Assembly: GCF_009914755.1 (NCBI RefSeq)
Contig: NC_060935.1
Direction: 5' to 3' (one strand)
From: the human T2T-CHM13v2.0 reference genome, Homo sapiens
DNA: 64,000 bases
The notes under the pieces are model-generated. The model did no database searches. It was given only the letters and a program-made list of their open reading frames with translations, and was not told where the DNA came from. The position numbers and the translations under genes are program-made. Below are positions 17,497 through 30,741 of this stretch, in pieces (positions within the stretch are counted from its first letter, which is position 1; each line of letters starts with the position of its first letter).

Positions 17497-18935
17497 CATC
17501 GGGAGATATACCTAATGCTAGATGATGCATTAGTGGGTGCAGCGCACCAGCATGGCACATACATATGTAACTAACCTGCACAATGTGCACATGTACCCTA
17601 AAACTTAAAGTATAATAAAAAAAAAAAAAGACTTGCGATGCAAACCCAAATGTCCAACAATGATAGACTGGATTAAGAAAATGTGGCACATATACACCAT
17701 GGAATACTATGCAGCCATAAAAATGATGAGTTCATGTCCTTTGTAGGGACATGGATGAAGCTGGAAAGCATCATTCTCAGCAAACTATCGCAAGAACAAA
17801 AAACCAAACACCGCATGTTCTCAATCATAGGTGGGAACCGAACAATGAGAACACTTGGACACAGGAAGGGGAACATCACACACCGGGGCCTGTTGTGGGG
17901 TGGGGGGAAGGGGGAGGGATAACATTAGGAGATATACCTAATGTAAATGACAAGTTAATGGGTGCAGCACACCAACATGGCACATGTATACATATGTAAC
18001 AAACCTGCACATTGTGCACATGTACCCTAGAACTTAAAGTATAATAAAAATATATATATATATATAATTTTTTAAAAAAGAAAGTGAAAGTTGCTTTGCC
18101 AAGGCAAAGTGTGGGAAACTATGTCTTTCAAGTCTGGATTTTCCATCTACACTACAAAAAGAAAGATTGCTTAACAAATATTTACAATATTACGCTAGGG
18201 GAAATAATATTTTAATAGCTTTATTCAGGTTTAATTGACATGTGATAAGCTACAGTTCAAGTATAAAATATGGTTATTTGACAGACATATGGGTTCACAT
18301 TTTATATATCTGTGCAACCATCACCACAATCAAGATAATGAACATGTTCATAATCCCCAGAAGTTTCCTCCTGCAATCACTATAAATTAATTTGAATTTC
18401 CTAGAATTAAATATAAATGAAATCATACAATATGTACTCTTGTTTATCTGGCTTCTTTCATTCAGTGTAATTATTTTAAAATTCTTCCATGTTGTTGACA
18501 TTATCAGTAGTTCATTTCTTTTTGTTGCTGAATAGTATTCCCTATTTTAAACATACTGCAATTGTTTTTGCACCTCTTGGTGAACATTTGGGTTATTTCC
18601 TGTTTATAGCTATTACTAATAAAGCTGCTATGACTATCCGTGTGTCAGTATGTATGAGCATACTTTTCCATTTATCTTGGGTACACATCTAGGAATACAA
18701 TGACAGAACCATATGGTAGATTTATGTTTAAAGTTTTATTAAACTACCAAACTATTTTCCAACATGGTTGTACAGTTTTACGTTTTTGCTCACAGTATAT
18801 GAGAGTTCAAGCTGCTCCAATGCTGTACTCCTTCTAAGGACAGTATTGTCATATTAAAATTTTAGAAGTGCTTATAAGTGTGTAATACAGTAGTATTACA
18901 TTATGGTTTTAATTTGCATTTTGCAGATGACTAAT

Positions 18936-19397
18936 TGTCTTGGTCCATTTTCTATTGCTTATAGCAGAATACCTAAAACTGGGTAATTCATTAACAAACA
19001 AAATGTACATTTTACAGTTCCAGAGGCTGTCCAAGGTCAAGGGGGGACATCTGGTGAGGGCCTTCATGCTGGTGGAAGACTCTCCATGTCTTTGGGATCC
19101 ATCCCTTGGTGAAGAAGCTAAGCATGTTAGCTCAGATTTCTCTTCCTCTTTTTTTTTTCCTTAAATTTACCTCAAGTAGGCTTTGATCTCATCCTCTTCT
19201 TATAAAGCCACCAGTACTGCTCCTATGTAAGCATATTAATTCATTAACCCATAATTCCATTAATTCATGAATGGATAATCTATTTATGAGGGCAGAGGCC
19301 TCATGACCTAATCACCGCCCAAAGGTACCACCTCTCGATATTGGCACATTGGGGAATGAATTTCCACATGAGTTTTGGAGGGAGCAAATCCATAAGA
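18936..19397 (-). mobile_element. MaLR solo LTR (MST/MLT1-type)
   Basis: tgtcttggtccattt...cctaaaactgggtaatt; 5-bp TSD CTAAT at 18931-18935 and 19398-19402. Confidence 0.75.
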
Positions 19398-19679
19398 CTA
19401 ATATTGTTGATAAATTTTTCGTATGCATATTTCCCAATATATGCATATATTTTCTTAGATTACAGGTCTGTTTAAATCTTTTGCTCATTTTTATTGGATT
19501 ATTTGCTGTCTTATTATCAAATTTTGGGTGTTCTTCATATATATTGATAGCAAATTCTTTGCCAGATATGTGATATGCTAATAATTTTTACCATAACTTT
19601 TTGTTTTCTTAACAAAGACTTTCAAAGAAAGGTTCTTAAATTTGATCAAGTCACCTTTATCAATTTTGTCTTTTCTATG

Positions 19680-19839
19680 ATTTTATACAATATTTTAAAT
19701 AATTTTGTGCATGAAACATTTGTGTTAAGTACTTATGTGTAGAATTTTCCACCTGTGGCATCATGTGAGAACTAAAAAACTTTCTGATTTTGGAGCATTT
19801 CAGATTTTGGATTTTATGATTAAGGATGCTCAACTTGTA
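19680..19839. mobile_element. Tigger4 (Zombi)-like DNA transposon fragment
   Basis: Terminal ttcagattttggatttt...ggatgctcaacttg-ta. Confidence 0.6.
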
Positions 19840-21802
19840 TTGCAATTCCACTTGTTGAAAAACTTATTTTTCCATTGAATTACTTTTGCAACTTTGTTAA
19901 AAATCAATTAATGATGAATGTGCAGGTCTACTTCTGGATTCTCTGTTCTTTTTCATTGATCTTTTTCTCTATTTTGATGCCAATATAGCACTGTTTAGAT
20001 AACTGAAGCTTTTAATGCATCTTCAAGTGACATAGTACAAGTTATCCAAATGTATTCATCTTTCTCAAAGTTATTTTAACTATACTAGATCTTTTGCATT
20101 TCCACATGAATTTTAGAAACAGCTTGTCAGTTTACAAAAATGTTTGCTGGTATTTTGATTTTCAACCCCATTTTCTCAATTCAAGGAGGCCACTGGACTC
20201 CACCTGGGCTCCCCTTCCCTACACAGGGCTGGTTTCCTATCTCCCAGGAGTCACTGTCCTCCATTGTCTAATGCCAATGACTTGAAAACTGTTGTTTAAT
20301 ATATTGTGTCTGGTATTTTAGTTATTTCAGGTTGGAAGGTACAGTCAATGTCTGTTATTCATCTTTTCCAGAAGTGCATCAATATGATTTTTTAATGTCT
20401 TAACTATAATATTTGGGTTCATATATTCTCATGGTATTTTGGTTTTGGTTATTTGGGATGACATTTCTCAATCAACAGGTGTTCTTCCCCAAATTAAAAT
20501 ACTTAGAAACCTCTTCTTATTTAGGATTCTAAGGCCAGAATTTTAACATATTAAAATATCTAAAGTAAGAACAAAACACAGAAATATTAACCTAAACATT
20601 GCGAAGCACTTACAATTCCGATGAATCCAAAAAGCCTGATGTTTGGTTTCATATACATGTAACACCAGAATGCTTACTTTTTGTTTTTCCTGACAGCTAT
20701 TAAAGTTTATATCCATGAGTGGAAACTACAGTGAATTCACCATTCCACAGCTAATCCCTTTCTTCCCTTCAAGCAGCTTTGGAATGCAGCCATAGCTGAG
20801 TCAAGGAGAGCTCACAAGGTTAAAAATAAGAACTATTTTCCTCTAATTAGGGATCATTAAAAAATTATTCTACAAGTGGAAAGCAAATTTTTTAATGACA
20901 AGTCATATATGATTGTTTTTAAACTTGCTTATATTATCCTTGACAGAGTTCTTTTTTCTCTTGAGATCATTTTGTCCTTTTCCATTTGGCTTCCATTTCG
21001 GAGATAAAGCTATCATCAATAAACCATTTGAGGAAGAGACAAAAGAAAGATTATATCCTGGGCAGAAAGCCCCATTTCATCTTAACCAAACATGTGCATG
21101 GACCTCTACCACATACCCAGCAGTGAAGTGGCTGCTATTCCTTATACTAATAGAATCTAAGAAAAACTGAGAACACTTTTATCTTGTGTTCTCTCTATAT
21201 CAAATATTTGCAGACCTATTATATTACTATACTGCCACAACAGTGTTATTATAAATTACCAGTCTTTCCACTATTCATAAATTATAATTTGTTGTCAGTT
21301 TGTGCAAGACACTGATCTACTTTGGGGAAAAACTAAAAACAGTGTTCTCTATCTTAGAGATTATTGAGTCTTTCTAAACACCATCAGTTACTTGGCTACT
21401 AGGCAGACTGCCCCAGTAGTACATGCTCTGTTTTCAAACATTTTAAAAATCCAAACTTCATTTTTATTTTTTCTACAGCTTTGAAAACAAAATTTCAAAA
21501 GTTATATTCCATGATTAATGTTAGGACCAAGGAACATTCTGTCATTAAATTCTATTAAAACCTGTCCTCTTTATTTTTCATTTTTGAGAAAGGGAAATTA
21601 TACCGTTTCCTCTATTTTCTTTACAATAACATTAGCATGTGGACAATCTTACATCTTCAAACGTGGTTTAAACAGCCCTGAGGGAAAACTTTATTTATAT
21701 TAAAAGAAATGAATGGAAAAAATGTGGTAAGTATCTAGAGATGTGGATCTTAAAATTTTTTCTCATGTACATTGCCAGATACAAATTAGGCTATGAAGCT
21801 AC

Positions 21803-22366
21803 TGTAAACCAAAAAATGTCTGAGACAGGTCTCAATCAATTAAAGATTTATTTTACATATATGTATTTATAATAAATTAGAGGTTTATTTTGCCAAGGTT
21901 GAGGACACACCTAAGAAAAAGAGACATAAGTTACAGTGGGATCTGTGGCTTGTGATTTTTCAAAAGAGGATTTTGAAGACTTCAATATTTAAAGGGGAAA
22001 AGGTGTCCAGAAAGGGAAAGAGGAAGAGTCAATTATCCATTTGTCCCATGCTCAGCAAATCTGCATTTAACATAAGATAAAGCAAACACACAGTAGTAGA
22101 AGTTAAATGTGCGTCCATCTTAGGGTGGGTGGAGGGATGATTTCTAGTCTCATCTTTGTCCCTCCCCTGTGAACGTAAGCTGTTAACTAACATTGTCAGG
22201 GTGAAAGAGGCCACCTGAGGAGCTATGTAGCCATCTATTAATATTTTGCTGCTATCTATTTCGGAACAAAAGGAAGGTAGTTTTTCTTCCATGACTCAGT
22301 CCCCAAGCTTAACTTTTCCCTTGGCATAGTGAGTTTAGGGTCCCAAGATTTTATCTTCCTTTCACA
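21803..22366 (-). mobile_element. ERV1-class solo LTR (MER4 family)
   Basis: TG...CA termini; 4-bp TSD CTAC at 21799-21802 and 22367-22370; tgtaaaccaaaaa..tctgagacaggtctcaatcaat. Confidence 0.8.
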
Positions 22367-22550
22367 CTACCTAATAGAAATCCCCTCCATATATGTGATG
22401 GTGTGAGGCAAAATCTGGGGAAGCAGTAATTGTCTTAATAAATATACAAGGGACTTGAAAATGAGAAAGGAAAATAAATTTAAATCCAATTGTTCTGGAT
22501 CATTTCAGTCGACTATACTTCCTGGATTTTAGAGTTTCTGGTTAGCTCTC

Positions 22551-23118
22551 TGTTACCAGAAAGGGGCGCCCAATCCAGACCCCAAAAAGGGTTCTTGGAT
22601 CTCACACAAGAAAGAATTCAAGGTTAAGTCCACAGAGTAAAGTGAAAGCAAGTTTATTAAAGAAGTAAAGAAAACAAAAGAATGGCTACTCCATAGACAG
22701 AGCAGGGTGTTCCTTACAGCAAAAGGAGGAACAAGCCCCCCTTAGGTACGATGCTTGTTTATATATAAGATAACAACGCAAAAAAAAAAAAATGGGGGAG
22801 ATGTCATCTAGTACAAGGCCTCCCGACATAGGATTGTTAACCTTTGTGTAACTGCTGACTTTTGCAAGAATCTACATTATCTTTAAGCAAAACTTATTCT
22901 TAAACTAAAAATGCTTTTGTTCTTGAGGTATCAGGACATCAGGATATTTCCTGGGTCTATGAAGTCCTGGGTCTCTTTAGCAAACATTACTAATCTGCTC
23001 CCTTAACCATAAACATCTTGTGGCTACGAATGCCTAGCCTCCTGGGAATGCAGCCAGCAGGTCAGCTTACCCAGTCCCTATTCAACATGGAGTCACGCTA
23101 GTTCGAACGCCTCTGACA
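22551..23118 (-). mobile_element. MER41-family solo LTR (not B-type)
   Basis: Ends match MER41 (reverse of TGTCAGAGGCGTT.GAAC; tgttaccagaaagggg...gggttcttggatctc). Confidence 0.75.
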
Positions 23119-23526
23119 CAGCTAGCTTCATATAGAGAGGCTTTATCACAAAATAACATGCTACAACGCATAATGATTACATCTTTCCTCACCTGGCCTT
23201 CCAACCAAACTCCATTGCTAGTAATAAAAATCCCAGCTCATGAAAAACCAGAAACTTAACTTCCAAGTCCACAGTAATGGAACATGCTAATTGTATTTCG
23301 ACTACAGAATGAATTTATGAGTCTCCTGAATCCAAAGAGCTTGTGTATTGTCTACAGAGCGAAATGGTTTAGAAGACTAATACAAATGACAGTCTGCAGT
23401 TTGCAGTCCCAGGACCAGGATGTCAGGGGAGTTTCTGCCTAAACAATGTGAAGTCAGAAGCCAGAAGAGGAGAATGCTTTTAGAATGTGGCCAAAATTTT
23501 TCTGCCCCTCTGTACCATTTCCTTTT

Positions 23527-24153
23527 ATTATTACTATTATTATTATTCTACTTTAAGTTCTAGGGTACATGTGCACAATGTGCAGGTTTGTTACATATGT
23601 ATACATGTGCCATGTTGGTGTGCTGTACCCATTAACTCGTCATTTACATTAGGTATATCTCCTAATGCTATCCCTCCCCCTTACCCCCACCCCACAACAG
23701 TCTCCGGTGTGTGATGTTCCCCTTCCTGTGTCCAAGTGTTCTCATTGTTCAGTTCCCACCTATGAGTAAGAACATGCGGTGTTTTGTTTTTTGTCCTTGC
23801 GATAGTTTGCTGAGAATGATAGTTTCCAGCTTCATCCATGTCCCTACAGAGGACCTGAACTGAGACGTTTTCTCTCCGCCCAGGCTGTGGCGCTATCTCC
23901 GCTCACGTCAAGCTCCGCCTCCCGGGTTCACTCCATTCTCCTGCTTCAGCCTCTCCAGTAGCTGGGACTACAGGCGCCCGGCTAATTTTTTTTTCTTTTT
24001 CTTTTTCTTTCTTTTTTTTTTTTTTTTGTATTTTTAGTAGAGATGGGGTTTCAGTGTGTTAGCCAGGATGGTCTCGATCCCCTGACCTCGTGATCCGCCC
24101 GCCTCGGCCTCCCAAAGTGCTGGGACTACAGGCGTGAGCCACCGGGCCCGGCC
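23527..24153 (-). mobile_element. AluY-L1PA5-like chimeric retrocopy
   Basis: Tail-less AluY (about 23861-24153) directly joined to an L1 3' end (23527-23861). One flanking TSD, CCATTTCCTTTT at 23515-23526 and CTATTTCCTTTT at 24154-24165. Confidence 0.85.
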
Positions 24154-24670
24154 CTATTTCCTTTTGTGTTGTTTCTTTTTTCTTCCTAAAATTTATAATA
24201 TATCCCATTGTGGAAAATATGGGGAATGCACACCAAATTAAAGACCAGATCAAAGAAGAATATCCGTATTGCCTATAATCTCTCCATAGAAGTAAGCATA
24301 CTACATTTTGTCATACTGCTGTCTTGGCTTTGTATTCTTGCTTTTGTTGTTGTTTCCTGTATTAAGCGTATTTCATACAGTATTGTATCATAATCATTTC
24401 TCATCTTGCTAAAAACATTTTTAAATTTAATTTTCAAAATTTGCAAAATATTTGTAACACATGGAACCCTGTAATTAAGTTTTGGTTTGTTTGTTTGTTT
24501 GTTTGTTTTCTATTTGAGGCATCTTGCTTGTTTCCAGGTTTCTATTCTGAGAAACAATGCAGCAATGAACATCTTTGCTCACAATATTTTTCATGCATTT
24601 CTGTTTATTTCTCTGGCATATATTCTAGAAGTAAAATTACTGGGCCAAAGGAAATGAACTTATTAAAAAA

Positions 24671-25036
24671 ATTTACTTCAAGTTCTGGGATACATGTGCT
24701 GAACGTGCAGGTTTGTTACATAGATAAACATGTGTCATGGTGCTTTGCTGCACCTATCAACCTGTCGTCTAGGTTTTAAGCCCCGCATGCATTAGGTATT
24801 TGTCCTAATGCTCTTCCTCCCCTTTCCCCCCACCCCACGACAGGCCCAGTGTGTGATGTTCCCCTTCCTGTGTCCATGTGTTCTTATTCCTCAGCTCCCA
24901 CTGAATGAGTGAGAACATGCGGTGCTCGGTTTTCTGTTCCTGTGTTAGTTTGCTGACAATGATGGTTTCCAGCTTCATCCATGTCCCTGCAAAGAACATG
25001 AGCTCATTCTTTTTATGGCTGCATAATATTCCATGA
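24671..25036 (-). mobile_element. L1PA 3' end fragment (L1PA8/PA10-like)
   Basis: Reverse L1 3' UTR (aagttctgggatacatgtgc...ttttatggctgcata). Confidence 0.8.
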
Positions 25037-25373
25037 TATGAACATTTTAAAATCTCCTGACACAAATAACCATATTGCTTTGCAGAAAGATCAAACAGAT
25101 TTATAGCCTCACCTCCAATACATAAGAATGTTTGTTTCTCTGTGTCCATATGGTGTTAGGATATATATTTCTTGTCACTAAAATATAAGAAAAAAAATCT
25201 TTTTTTTTTATTTTTGGCTTTTTATTACTTTTAAAGCTATATGTTAAATAGGTATGTAATTTTCTCTACTGAAATCTGCTTATTTATGTTTCTTGCTCAT
25301 TTATCTTTTGAGGTGCTATGCTTTTCTTACCAGTTTCAGTGAGCAGTTTACTCTAAGCAGATTAACCATTTCT

Positions 25374-28300
25374 GGTTTTTTTTGGATTTGTTTTTCCGGA
25401 TTTGTTTTTCCTTTATTTCTTTCAAAAGAAAAAAAAAAAAACACGATATATGTGCAGAACATGCTGGTTTGTTGCACAGGTATATGTGGGCCATGGTGGT
25501 TTGCTGCACCTATTAACCCATCCTTTAAGTTCCCTCCCGTCACCCCAACCCCCAAAGAGGCCTTGGTGTGTGTTGTTGCCCTCTCCTGTGTCCATGTGTT
25601 CTTATTGTTAAACTCCCACTTATGAGTGAGAACATGCAGTGTTTGGTTTTCTGTTCCTGTATTAGTTTGCTGAGGATGATGGCTTCCAGCTTTATCCATG
25701 TCCCTGCAAAGGACAAAATCTCATTCCTTTTTATGGCTGCATAGTATTCCATGGTGTATATGTACCACATTTTCTTTATCCAGTCTAACATTAATGGGCA
25801 TTTTGGTTGGTTCCATGTCTTTGCTGTTGTGAATAGTGCTGCAGTAAACCTACATGTAGATGTGTCTTTATAAAAGAATGACTTATATTCCTTTAGGTAT
25901 ATATACCTGGTAAGGAGATTGCTGGATCAGATGGTATTTCTGATTCTAGATCTTTAAGGAATTGCCATACTGTCTTCCACAATGGTTGAACTGACTTATA
26001 TTCCCATCGACAGTGTTAAAGCATTCCTATTTCTCCATATCCTCACCAGCATCTGTTGTTTCCCGACTTTTTAATAATCACCATTCTGAGTGGCATGAGA
26101 TGGTATCTTATTGTGGTTTTGATTTGCATTTCTCTGATGATCAGCAATGTTGAGATTTTTTTCATATGTTTGTTGGCCACATAAATGTCTTCTTTTGAGA
26201 AGTGTCTGTTCATATCCTTTGACCATTTTTTGATAGGGTTGTTTTTTCTTATAAATATGTTTAACTTCCTTGTAAATTCGTGATATTAGACCTTTGTCAC
26301 ATGGGTTGATTGCAAAAATTTTCTCCCATTCTGTAGGTTTCCTGTCCACTCTGACAATAGTTTCTTTTGCTGTGAAGAAGCTCTTTAGCTTAATTAGATC
26401 CCATTTGTTAATTTTGGCTTTTGTTGCTATTGGTTTTGGCATTTTTGTCATGAAGACTTTGCCCATGCCTATGTCCTGAATGGTATTGCCTAGGTTTTCT
26501 TCTAGGGATTTTATGGTTTTGGGTTTTACATTTAAGACTTTAATTCATCTTGAGTTAATTTTTGTATAAGATGTAAGGAAGGGGTCTGGTTTCAGTTTTC
26601 TGCATATGGCTAGCAAATTTTCCCAGTACCATTTACTGAATAGGAGATCTTTTCCCCATTGCTTGCTTTTGTCAGGTTTGTCAAAGATCAGATGGCTGTA
26701 GATATGTGGTGTTATTTCTGAGCTCTCTGTTCTGCTCCATTGGTCTATATGTGTGCTTTGGTACCAGTACCATGCTGTTTTGATTACTGTAGCCTTGTAG
26801 TATAGTTTGAAGTCAGGTAGCATGATGCCTCCAGCTTTGTTCTTTTTGATTAGGATTATCTTGGCTGTATGGGGTCTTCTTTGATTCCATATGAAATTTT
26901 AAAAAGTTTTTTTTTCTAATTCTGTGAAGAAAGTCAATGGTAGTTTGATGGGAATAGCACTGGATCCATAAATTACTTTGGGCAGTATGGCCATTTTCAC
27001 AATATTGATTCTTCTTACCCATGAGGATGGAATGTTTTTCCGTTTGTTTGTGTCCTCTCTTATTTCCTTGAGCAGTGGTTTATAGATCTCCTTGAAGAAG
27101 TCCTTCACATCCCTTGTTAGCTGTATTCCTAGGTATTTTATTCTTTTTGTAGCAATCGTGAATGGGAGTTCATTCATGATTTGGTTCTGTGCTTGCCTAT
27201 TGTTGATGTAAAGGAATGCTTGTGATTTTTGCACATTGATTTTGTATCCTGAGACTTTGCTGAAGTTGCTTATCAGCTCAAGAAGTTTTTGGGCTGAGAT
27301 GATGGGGTTTTCTGAATATAAAATCTTGTCATCTGCAAACAGAGAAAATTTGACTTCCTCTCTTCTTATTTGAATATCCTTTATTTCTTTCTCTTGCCTG
27401 ATTGCCCTGGCCACAACATCCAGTACTGTGTTGAATGGCAATGGTGAGAGAGGGCACCCTTGTCTTGTACCAGTTTTCAAAGGGAATGCTTCCAGCTTTT
27501 GCCTATTCAGTATGATATTGGCTGTGGTTTTGTCATAAATAGCTCTTATTATTTTGAGATACATTCCATCAATACCTAGTTTATGGAGAGTTTTTAATAT
27601 GAAGGGATGTTGAATTTTATCAAAGGCCTTTTCTGCATCTATTGAGATAATAATGTTGTTTTTGTCTTTGGTTCTTTTTATGTGATGGATTACATTTATT
27701 GATTTGTGTATGTTGAACCAGTCTTGCATCCCAGGAATGAAGCTGACTTGATCGTGGTGGATAAGTTTTTTGATGTGCAGCTGGACTTGGTTTGCCAGTA
27801 TTTTATTGAAGATTTTCACATCAATGTTCATCACGGATATTGGCCTGAAGTTTTCTTTTATTGTTGTTTCTCTTCCCAGTTTTGGTATCAGAATGATGCT
27901 GGCTTCATAAAATGAGTTAGGGAGGAGTCCCTCCTTTTTAATGGTTTGGAATAGAAGCAATGGTACCAGCTCCTCTTTGTATTTCTGGTAGAATTCGGCT
28001 CTGAATCTGTCTGGTCCTGGGCTTTTTTTGGTTGGTAGGCCATTAATTACTGCCTCAACTTCAGAGCTTGTTGTTTGTCTATTCGGGGATTCAACTTCTT
28101 CCTGGTTTAGTCTATCAAGGATGTATGTGTCCAGGAATTGATACATTTCTTCTAGATTTTCTAGTTTATTTTTGTAGAGGTGTTTATAGTATTCTCTGAT
28201 GGTAGTTTGTATTTCTTTGGGGTCAGTTGTGATGTACCATTTATAATTTTTTTACTGTGTTTATTTGATTCTTCTCTCTTTTCTCTTTTATTAGTTTAGC

Positions 28301-30741
28301 TAGTGGTCTATCTATGTTGTTAATTTTTTTAATACCAAGCTCCTGGATTCATTGATTTTTTTGAGAGTTTTTCATTTCTCTATCTCCTTCAATTCTTTTC
28401 TGATCTTAATTACTTCTTGTCTTCTGCTAGCTTTTGGATTAGCTTCCTCTTGCCTCTCTAGCTCTTTTAACTGTGATGTTACGGTATCAATCTGAGATCT
28501 TTCTAGCTGTCTGATGTGGGCATTTAGTCCCGTAAATTTCCCTCTTAACACTGCTTTAGCTGTGTTTCAGTGATTCTGGTATGTTGTTTCTTTGTTCTCA
28601 TTGCTTTCAAAGAACTTCTTCATTTCTGCCTTAATTTCTTTATTTACCCAGGAGTCATTCCAAAGCAGGTTGTTCAATTTCCATGAAATTGTGTGGTTTT
28701 GAGTGAGTTTCTTAATCCTGAGTTTTAGTTTGATTGGACTGTGGTCTGAGAGACTGTTACGATTTCAGTTCTTTTGCAGTTGCTGAGGAGTGTTTTACTT
28801 CCAATTATATGGTCAATTTTAGAATAAGTGCCATGTGGCACAGAGAAGAATGCATATTCTGTTGATTTGAAGTAGAGCATTCTGTAGATGTCTACTGGTC
28901 CACTTGGTGCAGAGCTGAGCTCAAGTCCTGAATATCCTTGTTAATTTTCTGTCTCATTGATCTGTCTAATATTGACAGTGGGTGTTAATACTGACAGTGG
29001 GTTACCACTATTATTGTGTGGGAGTCTAAGTCTCTTTGTACATCTCTAAGAACTTGTTTTATGAATCTGAGTGCTCCTGTATTGGGTGCATGTATATTCA
29101 GAATAGTTAGGTCTTCTTGTTGAATTTTTCCCTTTACCATTATGTAATGCCCTTCTTTGTCTTTTTTGATCTTTGCTGGTTTAAAGTATGTTTTGTCAGA
29201 GACTAGTATTGCAACCTCTGCTTTTTTTTTTTTTTTTGCCTTCCATTTGCTTTGTAATTTTTCCTCTATCCCTTTATTTTGAGCCTGTGAGTGTCTTTAC
29301 ACATAAGATGGGTCTCCTGAATACAGCACACCAATGGGTCTTGACTCTTTATCCAGTTTGCCAGTCTGTGCCTTTTAATTGGGGCATTTAGCCCATTTAC
29401 GTTTAAGTTTAGTATTGTTATGTGTAAATTTGATCCTGTCATCATGATGCTATTTGGTTATTTTGCACACTAATTGATGCAGTTCCTTCAGAGTGTCATT
29501 TGTCATTATATTTTGGTGTGTTTTTGCAGTGGCTGGTACCGGTTTTTCCTTTCTATATTTAGTGCTTCTTTCAGGACCTCTTGCAGGGCAGGCCTGGTGG
29601 AAAAAAAAAATCCCTCAGCATTTGCTTGTCTATAAAGGATTTTATTTCTCCTTCTCTTATGAAGCTTAGTTTGGCTGGACATGAAATTCTGGGTTGAAAA
29701 TTCTTTTCTTTAAGAATGTTGAATATTGGTCCCCAATCTCTTCTGGCTTGTAGAGTTTTTGCCAAGAGTCTACTGTTAGTCTAATGGGCTTCCCTTTGTA
29801 GGTGACCTGCCTTTCTCTCTGGCTGCCCTGAACAGTTTTTCCTTCATTTCAACCTTGGAGAATCTGATGATTATGTATCTTGTGATTGATCTCGTGGAGT
29901 ATCTTAATGATGTTCTCTGTATTTCCTGAATTTGTGTGTTGGCCTGCCTTGCTAGGTTGAGGAAGTTCCGGATAATATCCTGAAGTGTGTTTTCTAGCTT
30001 GTTTCCATTCTCCCTGTCTCCTTCTTGTACTCCAATCAATCATAGATTCAGTCTTTTTATGAAGTTTCATATTTCTTGGAGGTTTTGTTCATTCCTTTTC
30101 ATTCTTTTTTCTCTATTCTTGTCTGCATGTCTTATGTCAGTAACGTTGTCTTCAAACTCTGATTTTTTTTCCACTTGGTCGATTCAGCTGTTGATACTTG
30201 TGTATGCTTCACGAAGTTCTCATGCTGTGTTTTTCAGCTCCATCAGGTTGTTTTTTGCTGGCTGCTGCCCCTCCCCTAAACAGCTCAAATGGCTTAGACA
30301 GCAGGCAGCCAAAGCTGGTGCTGGTCGCCCCTCCCTCTGGGAGTTCAGTAGGCTTAAGCAGATTCCAGCTGAGAGGCTGTAAGAATCTGCATGTTCCAGG
30401 GTTGGAACACTAGGCTTCAGTGGCGTGAGTTCGTGAGTGGAATCTTCCAATCTGTGGGTTGCACAGTTCCATGGAAAAAGCAGTTTCTTTGGCTGTGTAG
30501 TGGGCTCACTTACCTCCTTCCTTGGCTGGGGGAAAAGGGCATCCCTGCCCTGTGTGGCTCTCAGGTGGGCTGCTGTACCACACTGGTCTTCCTTCTTTCA
30601 GTGGGTCATGCCAGCCTTCTAGTCAATTTTGTTCAGAGAACCTTGATCCCTTTGTTGCTGGTGAAGGAGTCACATGATTGTTACAGTTTTTTCAATGGGA
30701 GACTCCGAGCACCATTGCTTCTAGTGGGCCATCTTATTATT
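25374..30741 (-). mobile_element. Older L1 (L1PA8A-like) with both ends present and an internal deletion
   Basis: Perfect 17-bp TSD GCAGATTAACCATTTCT at 25357-25373 and 30742-30758. 5' end reads AAGATGGCCCACTAG on the minus strand. Degraded ORF1/ORF2 remnants (e.g. 26899-28146 with FADD); T-run before AATAAA at the 3' end. Confidence 0.9.

Larger units (their letters stand above)
18205..20160 (-). mobile_element. Old L1M fragments, interrupted by a MaLR LTR and a Tigger fragment
   Basis: Degenerate reverse L1 3'/ORF2 motifs (gtggttttaatttgcatt-like, ttgcattttccacatgaattttag). Confidence 0.6.

Noticed and set aside
22551-23118. MER41 as an IFN-gamma/STAT1 enhancer
   Set aside because: The tandem TTCNNNGAA GAS segment typical of MER41B is not visible; the internal sequence looks like another MER41 subtype.
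26899-28146. 415-aa reverse transcriptase ORF
   Set aside because: Remnant of ORF2 in a degraded L1 with many stops and frameshifts; not an independent gene.
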